Shown piece by piece: positions 46,440-57,533 of a DNA stretch of 64,000 bases. The notes under the pieces were generated by a model. It was given only the letters and a program-made list of their open reading frames with translations, ran no database searches and had not been told where the DNA came from. The translations under genes were made by a program, and so were the position numbers. The stretch comes from Escherichia coli (lineage in GTDB: Bacteria > Pseudomonadota > Gammaproteobacteria > Enterobacterales > Enterobacteriaceae): assembly GCF_051903065.1 (NCBI RefSeq), contig NZ_CP178438.1, one strand, 5' to 3'. Within the stretch, counting starts at the first letter, position 1. Every line of letters starts with the position of its first letter.

Positions 46440-48342
46440 ATGGCAGGGAAGTTTCGCTGCATTTTGCTGTTGATAGCAGGGCTGTTTGTATCATCTCTAA
46501 GTTATGCAGATAACACGGAGATCCCTTCTTATGAAGAAGGGATCTCGCTCTTTGATGTTGAAGCCACTCTGCAACCGGATGGGGTGCTCGACATCAAAGA
46601 GAACATTCATTTTCAGGCGCGAAATCAGCAGATTAAGCACGGATTTTATCGTGATTTACCACGACTATGGATGCAGCCTGATGGTGACGCGGCGCTGCTG
46701 AACTATCGCATTATTAGCGTCACCCGTGATGGTATTCCTGAACCCTGGCATCATGACTGGCATATCGGGTTAATGAGTATTGTCGTGGGCGATAAACAAC
46801 GTTTCTTGCCTCAAGGCGACTATCATTATCAAATTCATTATCAGGTTAAAAATGCTTTCCAGCGTGAGGGAGATTCAGATCTGTTAATCTGGAACGTGAC
46901 TGGTAACCACTGGCCGTTTGAAATCTATAAGACCCGATTTCCACTCAAGTTCCCTGATATCGCGGGTAATCCATTTAGCGAAATCGATCTCTTTACTGGA
47001 GAAGAGGGCGACACATATCGAAATGGCCGCATCCTTGAGGACGGAAGAATTGAATCCAGCGATCCGTTTTATCGTGAAGATTTCACGGTACTCTATACTC
47101 TACCGTTGGCCTCACTCGTTACTTAGCAATGCCCCGGCTCCGCAAACGACGAATATTTTCAGCCATCTTCTTTTACCCTCCACGTCATCGTTGTTAATTT
47201 GGTTTCCGTGTCTGTTCCTGGTTTGTGGATGGTTATATCTCTGGAAGCGCAGGCCGCAATTTACGCCGGTAGATGTGATTGAAACCGATGTCATTCCGCC
47301 AGATTACACGCCCGGCATGTTACGTCTCGATGCGAAGCTGGTTTACGACGATAAAGGTTTTTGTGCCGATATCGTAAATCTGATTGTGAAAGGAAAAATT
47401 CATCTGGAAGATCAGTCTGACAAGAACCAGCAAATCCTGATTCGTGTTAATGAAGGCGCGACCAGAAATAATGAGGTATTACTGCCCGCAGAGCAGTTAT
47501 TACTGGAAGCGTTATTTCGTAAAGGCGATAAGGTCGTTCTTACGGGGAGACGCAACAGAGTCTTACGCAGGGCATTTTTACGGATGCAGAAATTTTATCT
47601 GCCGCGTAAAAAGTCTTCGTTTTACCGGCCTGATACTTTTTTGCAATGGGGTGGACTGGCAATATTGGCGGTCATTCTTTACGGTAACCTGAGTCCTGTA
47701 GGCTGGGCAGGAATGAGTCTGGTGGGCGATATGTTTATTATGATCTGCTGGCTTCTTCCTTTTTTATTTTGTTCCCTTGAGCTTTTGTTTGCCCGCGATG
47801 ATGACAAGCCTTGCGTTAATCGTGTAATCATCACTTTGTTTTTACCGCTGATTTGTTCAGGCGTGGCCTTTTATTCTCTCTATATCAATGTCGGAGATGT
47901 ATTCTTTTACTGGTATATGCCAGCGGGTTATTTTAGCGCTGTTTTCCTGACCGGTTATCTCACTGGTATGGGGTATATTTTTCTGCCAAAGTTTACCCAA
48001 ACTGGGCAGCAACGTTATGCCCACGGTGAAGCTATCGTTAACTATCTTGCGCGTAAAGAGGCGGCAACACACAGTGGGCGGCGGCGGAAAGGGGAAACAC
48101 GGAAACTGGATTACGCGTTGCTAGGTTGGGCAGTCTCAGCAAACCTTGGAAGAGAATGGGTAGCACGTATCACCCCATCACTCACAGCGGCTGTTAGCGC
48201 CCCGGAAATTGCCCGTAGTGGCGTTTTGTTCTCATTACAGATGCACCTGAGTCTGGGGGCCAATACCAGTTTGTTGGGGCGAAGTTATTCCGGTGGTGGT
48301 GCTGGCGGCGGCGCGGGTGGCGGAGGCGGTGGTGGCTGGTAA
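46440..48342 (+). pseudogene. yciQ: DUF2207-type membrane protein YciQ, interrupted by an apparent +/-1 frameshift
   Basis: N-terminal 228 codons in frame 0 end at TAG 47124-47126; the remainder (to the Gly-rich C-terminus ...GGGAGGGAGGGGGGGW) continues in the +1 frame, which is open from 46900; the two frames overlap at 46900-47126. Confidence 0.6.
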
Positions 48343-48554
48343 TTAAGCTGATGATAATCGAAACAAGCTTTAACCATAAAGATAGTGTAGTATGTTGCGC
48401 CTCAAAGCCAGGCCAGTTAAAACGTCGAGTCGTTTACTTAAGGCCTGAAGAGTTCAAACAGACTTTACTATCAGTGAGTCAGATGTAAGTTCTGACTCAC
48501 TGTTGCACAAAAGCATATCAGACGCCTGGGAAGGCGACACCAAAAGGAAGCTCT

Positions 48555-49430
48555 ATGAGCGAAAAGCTACAGAAAGTGCTGGCGCGTGCCGGCCACGGTT
48601 CTCGCCGTGAAATCGAATCTATTATTGAAGCCGGTCGTGTGAGTGTTGATGGCAAAATTGCTAAACTCGGCGATCGCGTTGAAGTTACCCCTGGATTGAA
48701 AATCCGTATCGATGGTCACCTGATTTCGGTACGTGAGTCCGCTGAACAAATTTGTCGCGTTCTGGCCTATTACAAACCGGAAGGTGAGTTGTGTACCCGT
48801 AACGATCCGGAAGGACGTCCAACGGTGTTTGACCGTCTGCCAAAACTGCGTGGCGCACGCTGGATTGCCGTGGGTCGCTTGGACGTTAATACCTGTGGTC
48901 TGCTGCTGTTCACCACCGATGGTGAACTGGCAAACCGTTTAATGCACCCAAGCCGTGAAGTTGAACGTGAATATGCCGTGCGTGTATTTGGTCAGGTTGA
49001 CGACGCGAAACTGCGTGATTTGAGTCGTGGCGTGCAGTTGGAAGATGGTCCGGCAGCTTTTAAAACCATCAAGTTCAGCGGCGGCGAAGGGATCAACCAG
49101 TGGTACAACGTGACTCTGACCGAAGGCCGTAACCGTGAAGTTCGTCGTCTGTGGGAAGCGGTTGGTGTGCAGGTGAGCCGCCTGATCCGTGTTCGTTACG
49201 GTGATATCCCACTGCCAAAAGGTCTGCCACGCGGTGGCTGGACGGAGCTGGACCTCGCCCAGACTAACTATCTGCGCGAACTGGTGGAGCTACCGCCAGA
49301 AACCAGCTCTAAAGTCGCTGTAGAAAAAGACCGTCGTCGCATGAAGGCGAATCAGATTCGTCGTGCGGTGAAACGTCACAGTCAGGTGAGCGGCGGTCGT
49401 CGTTCTGGCGGACGTAATAATAACGGTTAA
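48555..49430 (+). CDS. rluB: 23S rRNA pseudouridine synthase RluB
   Basis: 291-aa ORF with S4 domain and Arg/Gly-rich C-terminal tail, recognised as RluB. Confidence 0.92.
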
Positions 49431-49469
49431 TCAAAGTATGCCGGACGTCATATCCGGCATTTTTACAGA

Positions 49470-50060
49470 TTAATAATCGATCCCTATCTGCGCTTTTACA
49501 CCGGCATCAAACGCATGTTTGATGGGGCGCAACTCACTCACCGTATCCGCCAGTTCAAGAATATCCCGATGACAGCCTCGACCCGTGATAATCACCGTCT
49601 GTTGATGTGGACGTTCATTTAACGCCTGCAACACTTCTTCCAGTGGCAAATAGTCATACGCCACCATATAAGTCAGCTCATCAAGCAAAATCATATCCAG
49701 TGAGGAATCAGCAAGCATCCGCTTTGCATGTTGCCAGACTTCGCGGCAGGCGGCGGTATCAGACTCGCGGTTTTGTGTATCCCAGGTAAAGCCCGTTGCC
49801 ATTACCTGAAACTCAACGCCATGTGGCTCCAGCAGATTGCGTTCGCCATTAGGCCAGGTGCCTTTAATAAACTGCACGACGCCCACTTTTTTTCCGTGAC
49901 CAACTGCGCGTGTTGCCGTACCAAATGCCGCGGTGGTTTTGCCTTTTCCATTGCCGGTAAAGACGATGATAATACCGCGTTCATCCTGGGCCTGGGCCAC
50001 ACGAGCATCTACTTTTTCTTTCACTCGCTGCTGACGCTGTTGGTAGCGTTCATCACTCAT
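49470..50060 (-). CDS. btuR: Cob(I)yrinic acid a,c-diamide adenosyltransferase
   Basis: 196-aa ORF with P-loop (GNGKGKTTAAFG) recognised as BtuR/CobA. Confidence 0.92.
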   Translation of the reverse strand: MSDERYQQRQQRVKEKVDARVAQAQDERGIIIVFTGNGKGKTTAAFGTATRAVGHGKKVGVVQFIKGTWPNGERNLLEPHGVEFQVMATGFTWDTQNRESDTAACREVWQHAKRMLADSSLDMILLDELTYMVAYDYLPLEEVLQALNERPHQQTVIITGRGCHRDILELADTVSELRPIKHAFDAGVKAQIGIDY

Positions 50061-50815
50061 TGGGAAATTCCTGGTTTACGGCCCGGTTGGGCGTCAAAGG
50101 TCATGCCGGTTTTACGGCGGCTGTCATCGCCCATCAGCCAGAGGTAGAGCGGCATGATATCAGCGGGTGTTTTAAGTTTCTGTGGATCTTCGGTCGGGAA
50201 GGCGCTGGCACGCATTGCGGTGCGCGTACCGCCTGGGTTAATGCAGTTGACGCGCAGGCGCTGCTGATATTCATCGGCCAGTACCTGCATCATCCCTTCG
50301 GTGGCAAATTTCGACGCTGCATATGCGCCCCAGTTGGCTCGTCCCTGACGTCCAACGCTTGATGAAGTAAAGACCAGTGAACCGGCGTCCGATTTGAGTA
50401 ATAAAGGAAGCAGTGCCTGGGTGAGCATAAAGGTAGCATTAACGTTGACCTGTATGACGTCCTGCCAGACCTGTGGATTTTGTTCGCTCATTGGGCAAAC
50501 ATCGCCGAGCAATCCGGCATTATGCAAAACACCATCCAGACGCGGATAATTAACGGCAATGCGCTGTGCCAGTTGTTGGCAATCTTCGGACCTGCAGGTC
50601 AGCAAATCGAGAATAAACCACTGTGGCTGACGCCCAGTTTCTTCGTTTATGTGGCTGGCTACCTGACGTAATTTTTCTTCATTACGGCCCAACAGAATCA
50701 CTGTCGCACCATAGCGTGCATACGTCATCGCGGCTTCACGACCAATACCATCACTGGCTCCCGTCACCAGGATAATGCGATCATTGAGTAAATCTTGTTT
50801 TGGCTGGTAATGCAT
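50057..50815 (-). CDS. yciK: Short-chain dehydrogenase/reductase YciK
   Basis: 252-aa ORF with TGASDGIG Rossmann motif; ATGA overlap with the btuR start. Confidence 0.9.
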   Translation of the reverse strand: MHYQPKQDLLNDRIILVTGASDGIGREAAMTYARYGATVILLGRNEEKLRQVASHINEETGRQPQWFILDLLTCRSEDCQQLAQRIAVNYPRLDGVLHNAGLLGDVCPMSEQNPQVWQDVIQVNVNATFMLTQALLPLLLKSDAGSLVFTSSSVGRQGRANWGAYAASKFATEGMMQVLADEYQQRLRVNCINPGGTRTAMRASAFPTEDPQKLKTPADIMPLYLWLMGDDSRRKTGMTFDAQPGRKPGISQ

Positions 50816-51034
50816 GGCTACTCCTCAACGACGTTGTCTGTCGCGCTGCCAGTGTACTTTATGACTTTGGGGCTTTATGCCTGAAACAGAAGGGCATTTC
50901 AATCAGCCTGGGGCGATAACACCGCAAAATGGATACTTTGTCATACTTTCGCTGCAATAACATCTCTGCGAGACGGCTTAACATGCCTGTTGTAAACTGT
51001 GAGCCAAAGCGTTGTTTAACCAAGGTGGGGACTC

Positions 51035-52084
51035 GTGGAATTGTTGTCTGAATATGGTTTGTTTTTGGCGAAAATCGTTACCGTTGTGCTAGCGATTGCG
51101 GCGATTGCCGCCATTATTGTCAATGTTGCTCAACGTAATAAACGCCAGCGTGGCGAGTTACGGGTCAACAATCTCAGCGAACAGTATAAGGAGATGAAAG
51201 AAGAACTGGCCGCGGCGCTGATGGACTCACATCAGCAAAAACAGTGGCACAAAGCGCAGAAGAAAAAGCATAAGCAAGAAGCGAAAGCAGCAAAAGCGAA
51301 AGCCAAACTGGGAGAGGTGGCAACTGACAGTAAACCCCGCGTCTGGGTGCTGGATTTTAAAGGCAGCATGGACGCCCATGAAGTGAACTCGCTACGTGAA
51401 GAGATAACGGCTGTACTCGCAGCATTCAAACCGCAGGATCAGGTTGTGCTACGTCTGGAAAGCCCTGGTGGCATGGTGCATGGTTACGGGTTGGCGGCTT
51501 CGCAGCTGCAGCGTCTGCGTGATAAAAACATTCCTTTAACTGTTACGGTAGACAAAGTCGCTGCCAGCGGCGGTTACATGATGGCCTGTGTGGCGGACAA
51601 AATTGTTTCCGCACCGTTTGCTATTGTGGGTTCCATTGGTGTGGTGGCGCAAATGCCCAACTTTAACCGCTTCCTGAAAAGCAAAGATATTGATATCGAA
51701 CTGCACACCGCCGGGCAGTATAAGCGCACGCTGACCTTGCTGGGTGAAAATACCGAAGAAGGGCGGGAGAAATTCCGCGAAGAGCTGAACGAAACGCATC
51801 AGTTATTTAAAGATTTTGTGAAGCGTATGCGTCCGTCTCTGGATATTGAACAGGTGGCAACGGGTGAACACTGGTACGGACAACAGGCGGTAGAGAAAGG
51901 CCTGGTTGATGAAATCAACACCAGTGATGAAGTTATTCTTAGCCTGATGGAAGGCCGAGAAGTGGTCAATGTACGCTATATGCAGCGTAAACGACTCATT
52001 GACCGATTCACCGGCAGCGCGGCAGAGAGCGCCGATCGATTATTGCTACGCTGGTGGCAGCGTGGGCAAAAGCCATTGATGTAA
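51035..52084 (+). CDS. sohB: Inner-membrane S49-family peptidase SohB
   Basis: 349-aa ORF with N-terminal TM segment, recognised as SohB. Confidence 0.9.
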   Translation: MELLSEYGLFLAKIVTVVLAIAAIAAIIVNVAQRNKRQRGELRVNNLSEQYKEMKEELAAALMDSHQQKQWHKAQKKKHKQEAKAAKAKAKLGEVATDSKPRVWVLDFKGSMDAHEVNSLREEITAVLAAFKPQDQVVLRLESPGGMVHGYGLAASQLQRLRDKNIPLTVTVDKVAASGGYMMACVADKIVSAPFAIVGSIGVVAQMPNFNRFLKSKDIDIELHTAGQYKRTLTLLGENTEEGREKFREELNETHQLFKDFVKRMRPSLDIEQVATGEHWYGQQAVEKGLVDEINTSDEVILSLMEGREVVNVRYMQRKRLIDRFTGSAAESADRLLLRWWQRGQKPLM

Positions 52085-52119
52085 AAGACAAACGCGAGGG
52101 TAAGACCTCGCGTTTTGCT

Positions 52120-52371
52120 TTAATCAACCAGGTGATATTTTTCTGAAAGCACATGGGCCAGGTGTTTGAACATATTAAACACCGCGGTGCTTTTGGCTGT
52201 TGGCAATCCTTGTTCATCTAAAAAGTAGTCGCCGGTAAATACCAGCACGCCATTACGCTGTGTGACGCCGGTGGCTTCAATCCCTGCGAGCGTATCCTCA
52301 TGCTCACGAATGATTTTGTTGGCCTCTTTCAACAGCGTTTCGCGGTCGATGGGTTGTGTCTCTTTGTTCAT
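52120..52371 (-). CDS. yciN: Small protein YciN
   Basis: 83-aa [39 protein letters not shown]... recognised as YciN. Confidence 0.85.
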
Positions 52372-52750
52372 TATTTACTCCTTAAACAAGGACATTAGTC
52401 TACGCCAGGCATGGCTTGCAGACAAATATACCACGCTGGTGGCAAGAGCGCCTTACTGGCAACTTTGGATTTTGCATGCTAATAAAGTTGCGTATCGGAT
52501 TTTATCAGGTACAGTGTGACGCTTTCGTCAATCTGGCAATAGATTTGCTTGACATTCGACCAAAATTCCGTCGTGCTATAGCGCCTGTAGGCCAAGACCT
52601 GTTAACTCAGTCACCTGAATTTTCGTGAACAGAGTCACGACAAGGGGTTGATATCCGCAGAGAACGAGTCCATATCGGTAACTCGTTGCCAGTGGAAGGT
52701 TTATCAACGTGCGACGCATTCCTGGAAGAATCAAATTAGGTAAGGTGAAT

Positions 52751-55348
52751 ATGGGTAAAGCTCTTGTCATCGTTGAGTCCCCGGCAAAAGCCAAAACGAT
52801 CAACAAGTATCTGGGTAGTGACTACGTGGTTAAATCCAGCGTCGGTCACATCCGCGATTTGCCGACCAGTGGCTCAGCTGCCAAAAAGAGTGCCGACTCT
52901 ACCTCCACCAAGACGGCTAAAAAGCCTAAAAAGGATGAACGTGGCGCTCTCGTCAACCGTATGGGGGTTGACCCGTGGCACAATTGGGAGGCGCACTATG
53001 AAGTGTTGCCTGGTAAAGAGAAGGTCGTCTCTGAACTGAAACAACTGGCTGAAAAAGCCGACCACATCTATCTCGCAACCGACCTTGACCGCGAAGGGGA
53101 AGCCATTGCATGGCACCTGCGGGAAGTGATTGGTGGTGATGATGCGCGCTATAGCCGAGTGGTGTTTAACGAAATTACTAAAAACGCGATCCGCCAGGCA
53201 TTTAACAAACCGGGTGAGCTGAATATTGATCGTGTTAATGCCCAGCAGGCGCGTCGCTTTATGGACCGCGTGGTGGGGTATATGGTTTCGCCGCTGCTAT
53301 GGAAAAAGATCGCTCGTGGTCTGTCTGCCGGTCGTGTGCAGTCGGTGGCGGTTCGTCTGGTGGTCGAGCGTGAGCGTGAAATTAAAGCGTTCGTGCCGGA
53401 AGAGTTCTGGGAAGTCGATGCCAGCACGACCACGCCATCTGGTGAAGCGTTGGCGTTGCAGGTGACTCATCAGAACGACAAACCGTTCCGTCCGGTCAAC
53501 AAAGAACAAACTCAGGCTGCGGTAAGTCTGCTGGAAAAAGCGCGCTACAGCGTGCTGGAACGTGAAGACAAACCGACAACCAGTAAACCTGGCGCTCCTT
53601 TTATTACCTCTACGCTGCAACAAGCTGCCAGCACCCGTCTTGGATTTGGCGTGAAAAAAACCATGATGATGGCGCAGCGTTTGTATGAAGCAGGCTATAT
53701 CACTTACATGCGTACCGACTCTACTAACCTGAGTCAGGACGCGGTAAATATGGTTCGCGGTTATATCAGCGATAATTTTGGTAAGAAATATCTGCCGGAA
53801 AGTCCGAATCAGTACGCCAGCAAAGAAAACTCACAGGAAGCGCACGAAGCGATTCGTCCTTCTGACGTCAATGTGATGGCGGAATCGTTGAAGGATATGG
53901 AAGCAGATGCGCAGAAACTGTACCAGTTAATCTGGCGTCAGTTCGTTGCTTGCCAGATGACCCCAGCGAAATATGACTCCACGACGCTGACCGTTGGTGC
54001 GGGCGATTTCCGCCTGAAAGCACGCGGTCGTATTTTGCGCTTTGATGGCTGGACAAAAGTGATGCCTGCACTGCGTAAAGGCGATGAAGATCGTATCTTA
54101 CCGGCAGTCGATAAAGGCGATGCTCTGACGCTCGTTGAACTGACACCAGCCCAGCACTTTACCAAACCGCCAGCCCGTTTCAGTGAAGCATCGCTGGTTA
54201 AAGAGCTTGAAAAACGCGGTATCGGTCGTCCGTCTACCTATGCGTCGATCATTTCGACCATTCAGGACCGTGGCTATGTGCGTGTAGAAAATCGTCGTTT
54301 CTATGCGGAAAAAATGGGCGAAATCGTCACCGATCGCCTGGAAGAGAATTTCCGCGAGTTAATGAACTACGACTTCACCGCGCAGATGGAAAACAGCCTT
54401 GACCAGGTGGCAAATCACGAAGCAGAGTGGAAAGCTGTACTGGATCACTTCTTCTCGGATTTCACCCAGCAGTTAGATAAAGCTGAAAAAGATCCGGAAG
54501 AGGGTGGTATGCGCCCGAACCAGATGGTTCTGACCAGCATCGACTGCCCGACCTGTGGTCGCAAAATGGGGATTCGCACAGCGAGCACCGGGGTATTCCT
54601 TGGCTGTTCTGGCTATGCGCTGCCGCCGAAAGAGCGTTGCAAAACCACCATTAACCTGGTGCCGGAAAACGAAGTGCTGAACGTGCTGGAAGGCGAAGAC
54701 GCTGAAACCAACGCGCTGCGCGCAAAACGTCGTTGCCCGAAATGCGGCACGGCGATGGACAGCTATCTCATCGATCCGAAACGTAAGTTGCATGTCTGTG
54801 GTAATAACCCAACCTGCGACGGTTACGAGATCGAAGAGGGCGAATTCCGCATTAAAGGTTATGACGGCCCGATCGTTGAGTGTGAAAAATGTGGCTCTGA
54901 AATGCACCTGAAAATGGGGCGTTTCGGTAAATACATGGCCTGCACCAACGAAGAGTGTAAAAACACACGTAAGATTTTACGTAACGGCGAAGTGGCACCA
55001 CCGAAAGAAGATCCGGTTCCGCTGCCCGAACTACCTTGCGAAAAATCAGATGCTTATTTCGTGCTGCGTGACGGCGCTGCGGGTGTTTTCCTGGCGGCCA
55101 ATACCTTCCCGAAATCGCGTGAAACGCGTGCGCCGCTGGTGGAAGAGCTGTATCGCTTCCGCGACCGTCTGCCGGAAAAACTGCGTTATCTGGCCGATGC
55201 GCCGCAGCAGGATCCGGAAGGTAATAAGACTATGGTTCGCTTTAGCCGTAAAACCAAACAGCAATATGTCTCTTCGGAAAAAGACGGAAAGGCGACTGGC
55301 TGGTCAGCATTTTATGTTGATGGCAAATGGGTTGAAGGGAAAAAATAA
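52751..55348 (+). CDS. topA: DNA topoisomerase I
   Basis: 865 aa from the ATG at 52751 ([22 protein letters not shown]...); C-terminal zinc-ribbon Cys motifs; track ORF extends 14 codons upstream. Confidence 0.96.
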   Translation: MGKALVIVESPAKAKTINKYLGSDYVVKSSVGHIRDLPTSGSAAKKSADSTSTKTAKKPKKDERGALVNRMGVDPWHNWEAHYEVLPGKEKVVSELKQLAEKADHIYLATDLDREGEAIAWHLREVIGGDDARYSRVVFNEITKNAIRQAFNKPGELNIDRVNAQQARRFMDRVVGYMVSPLLWKKIARGLSAGRVQSVAVRLVVEREREIKAFVPEEFWEVDASTTTPSGEALALQVTHQNDKPFRPVNKEQTQAAVSLLEKARYSVLEREDKPTTSKPGAPFITSTLQQAASTRLGFGVKKTMMMAQRLYEAGYITYMRTDSTNLSQDAVNMVRGYISDNFGKKYLPESPNQYASKENSQEAHEAIRPSDVNVMAESLKDMEADAQKLYQLIWRQFVACQMTPAKYDSTTLTVGAGDFRLKARGRILRFDGWTKVMPALRKGDEDRILPAVDKGDALTLVELTPAQHFTKPPARFSEASLVKELEKRGIGRPSTYASIISTIQDRGYVRVENRRFYAEKMGEIVTDRLEENFRELMNYDFTAQMENSLDQVANHEAEWKAVLDHFFSDFTQQLDKAEKDPEEGGMRPNQMVLTSIDCPTCGRKMGIRTASTGVFLGCSGYALPPKERCKTTINLVPENEVLNVLEGEDAETNALRAKRRCPKCGTAMDSYLIDPKRKLHVCGNNPTCDGYEIEEGEFRIKGYDGPIVECEKCGSEMHLKMGRFGKYMACTNEECKNTRKILRNGEVAPPKEDPVPLPELPCEKSDAYFVLRDGAAGVFLAANTFPKSRETRAPLVEELYRFRDRLPEKLRYLADAPQQDPEGNKTMVRFSRKTKQQYVSSEKDGKATGWSAFYVDGKWVEGKK

Positions 55349-55533
55349 CCTTTAATTCTGTCAGGTTTTTATAAACAAAGGGTCGCGAAAGCGGCCCTTT
55401 TTTATTGCATATTATTTTTTCTTCACACCTATACACTAAGGCTATAAATGATATAGTGGTTATAGTTAGCACCTTTTTTATTATTAAATCGTATTAGTCA
55501 CCCGCCATGTGTGACGAAAAAACGATGTTCTGA

Positions 55534-56532
<999 letters not shown>

Positions 56533-56850
56533 TTTCTTGCGTTATTATCGGCACCTTTTATGTAGCGAAGGTGCCGTAATATATTCTCTTTTGTTACTTA
56601 TTTGTATACCGTGCACAATATTTTTATCCCTCATATTTATAGGGTAAATTACCTGTAAAGTAGTGTCTAATTACCCGCCTCGCAAACTCCAGTTTTCAAA
56701 TATCTATTTCAGGTCAAAAGATTGAATTATTCACTGAAGACGATTCGTAAATTCGCTGGATTTTTGACTAAAGTTTCTTTAGGATTTGTCTTATCGTATG
56801 ATTAATTACACCAATCGTTCAACGTCTTGCTGATAAGTGATGGCGATTAT

Positions 56851-56991
56851 ATGAGGTTAGCAATGCCTTCTGGAAATCAGGAACCCCGCCGCGATCCTGA
56901 ATTAAAACGTAAAGCCTGGCTGGCGGTTTTTCTTGGTTCTGCACTTTTCTGGGTGGTTGTCGCACTGCTGATTTGGAAAGTGTGGGGATAA
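56851..56991 (+). CDS. ymiA: Small membrane protein YmiA
   Basis: 46 codons from the ATG at 56851 (MRLAMPSGNQEPRRDPELKRKAWLAVFLGSALFWVVVALLIWKVWG); alternative in-frame ATG at 56863; single predicted TM helix. Confidence 0.55.
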   Translation: MRLAMPSGNQEPRRDPELKRKAWLAVFLGSALFWVVVALLIWKVWG

Positions 56992-56993
56992 CT

Positions 56994-57161
56994 ATGGTTG
57001 GTCAGGAGCAACTGGAGTCGTCACCATTATGCCAGGATAGTGACAATGAACCAGAAACGAAACGGGAATGTTCCGTCGTTATTCCAGACGACTGGCAACT
57101 AACATCGCAGCAGCAAGCCTTTATAGAACTGTTTGCTGAAGATGATCAGCCGAAACAATAA
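56994..57161 (+). CDS. yciX: Small acidic protein YciX
   Basis: 55 aa from the ATG at 56994 (MVGQEQLESSPLCQDSDNEPETKRE...), starting 2 nt after the ymiA stop. Confidence 0.55.
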   Translation: MVGQEQLESSPLCQDSDNEPETKRECSVVIPDDWQLTSQQQAFIELFAEDDQPKQ

Positions 57162-57533
57162 TTATCATCATTCTTATTACCCATTTTTAATGAATTAAAG
57201 GGCTTTTAATACACCGCAGCAATAACAGGTTGAGTTATCTCAACACAAAGTAATAACCGTTAAGGGTGTAGCCTATGATCAACACAAATATGAAATATTG
57301 GTCCTGGATGGGTGCATTTTCTCTGTCGATTCTCTTCTGGGCCGAACTCCTCTGGATCATTACTCACTGATCCTTGACCCCGCTGCGGCGGGGTTGTCAT
57401 TTGCTTTGCCACAAGGTTTCTCCTCTTTTATCAATTTGGGTTGTTATCAAATCGTTACGCGATGTTTGTGTTATCTTTAATATTCACCCTGAAGAGAATC
57501 AGGGCTTCGCAACCCTGTCATTAAGGAGGAGCT

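Noticed and set aside
48250-48342. Glycine-codon run at the 3' end of yciQ (GGGAGGGAGGGGGGGW) as a possible low-complexity artefact or repeat
   Set aside because: Gly-rich C-terminal tails are characteristic of DUF2207-type proteins; it is in frame and ends at a proper stop.
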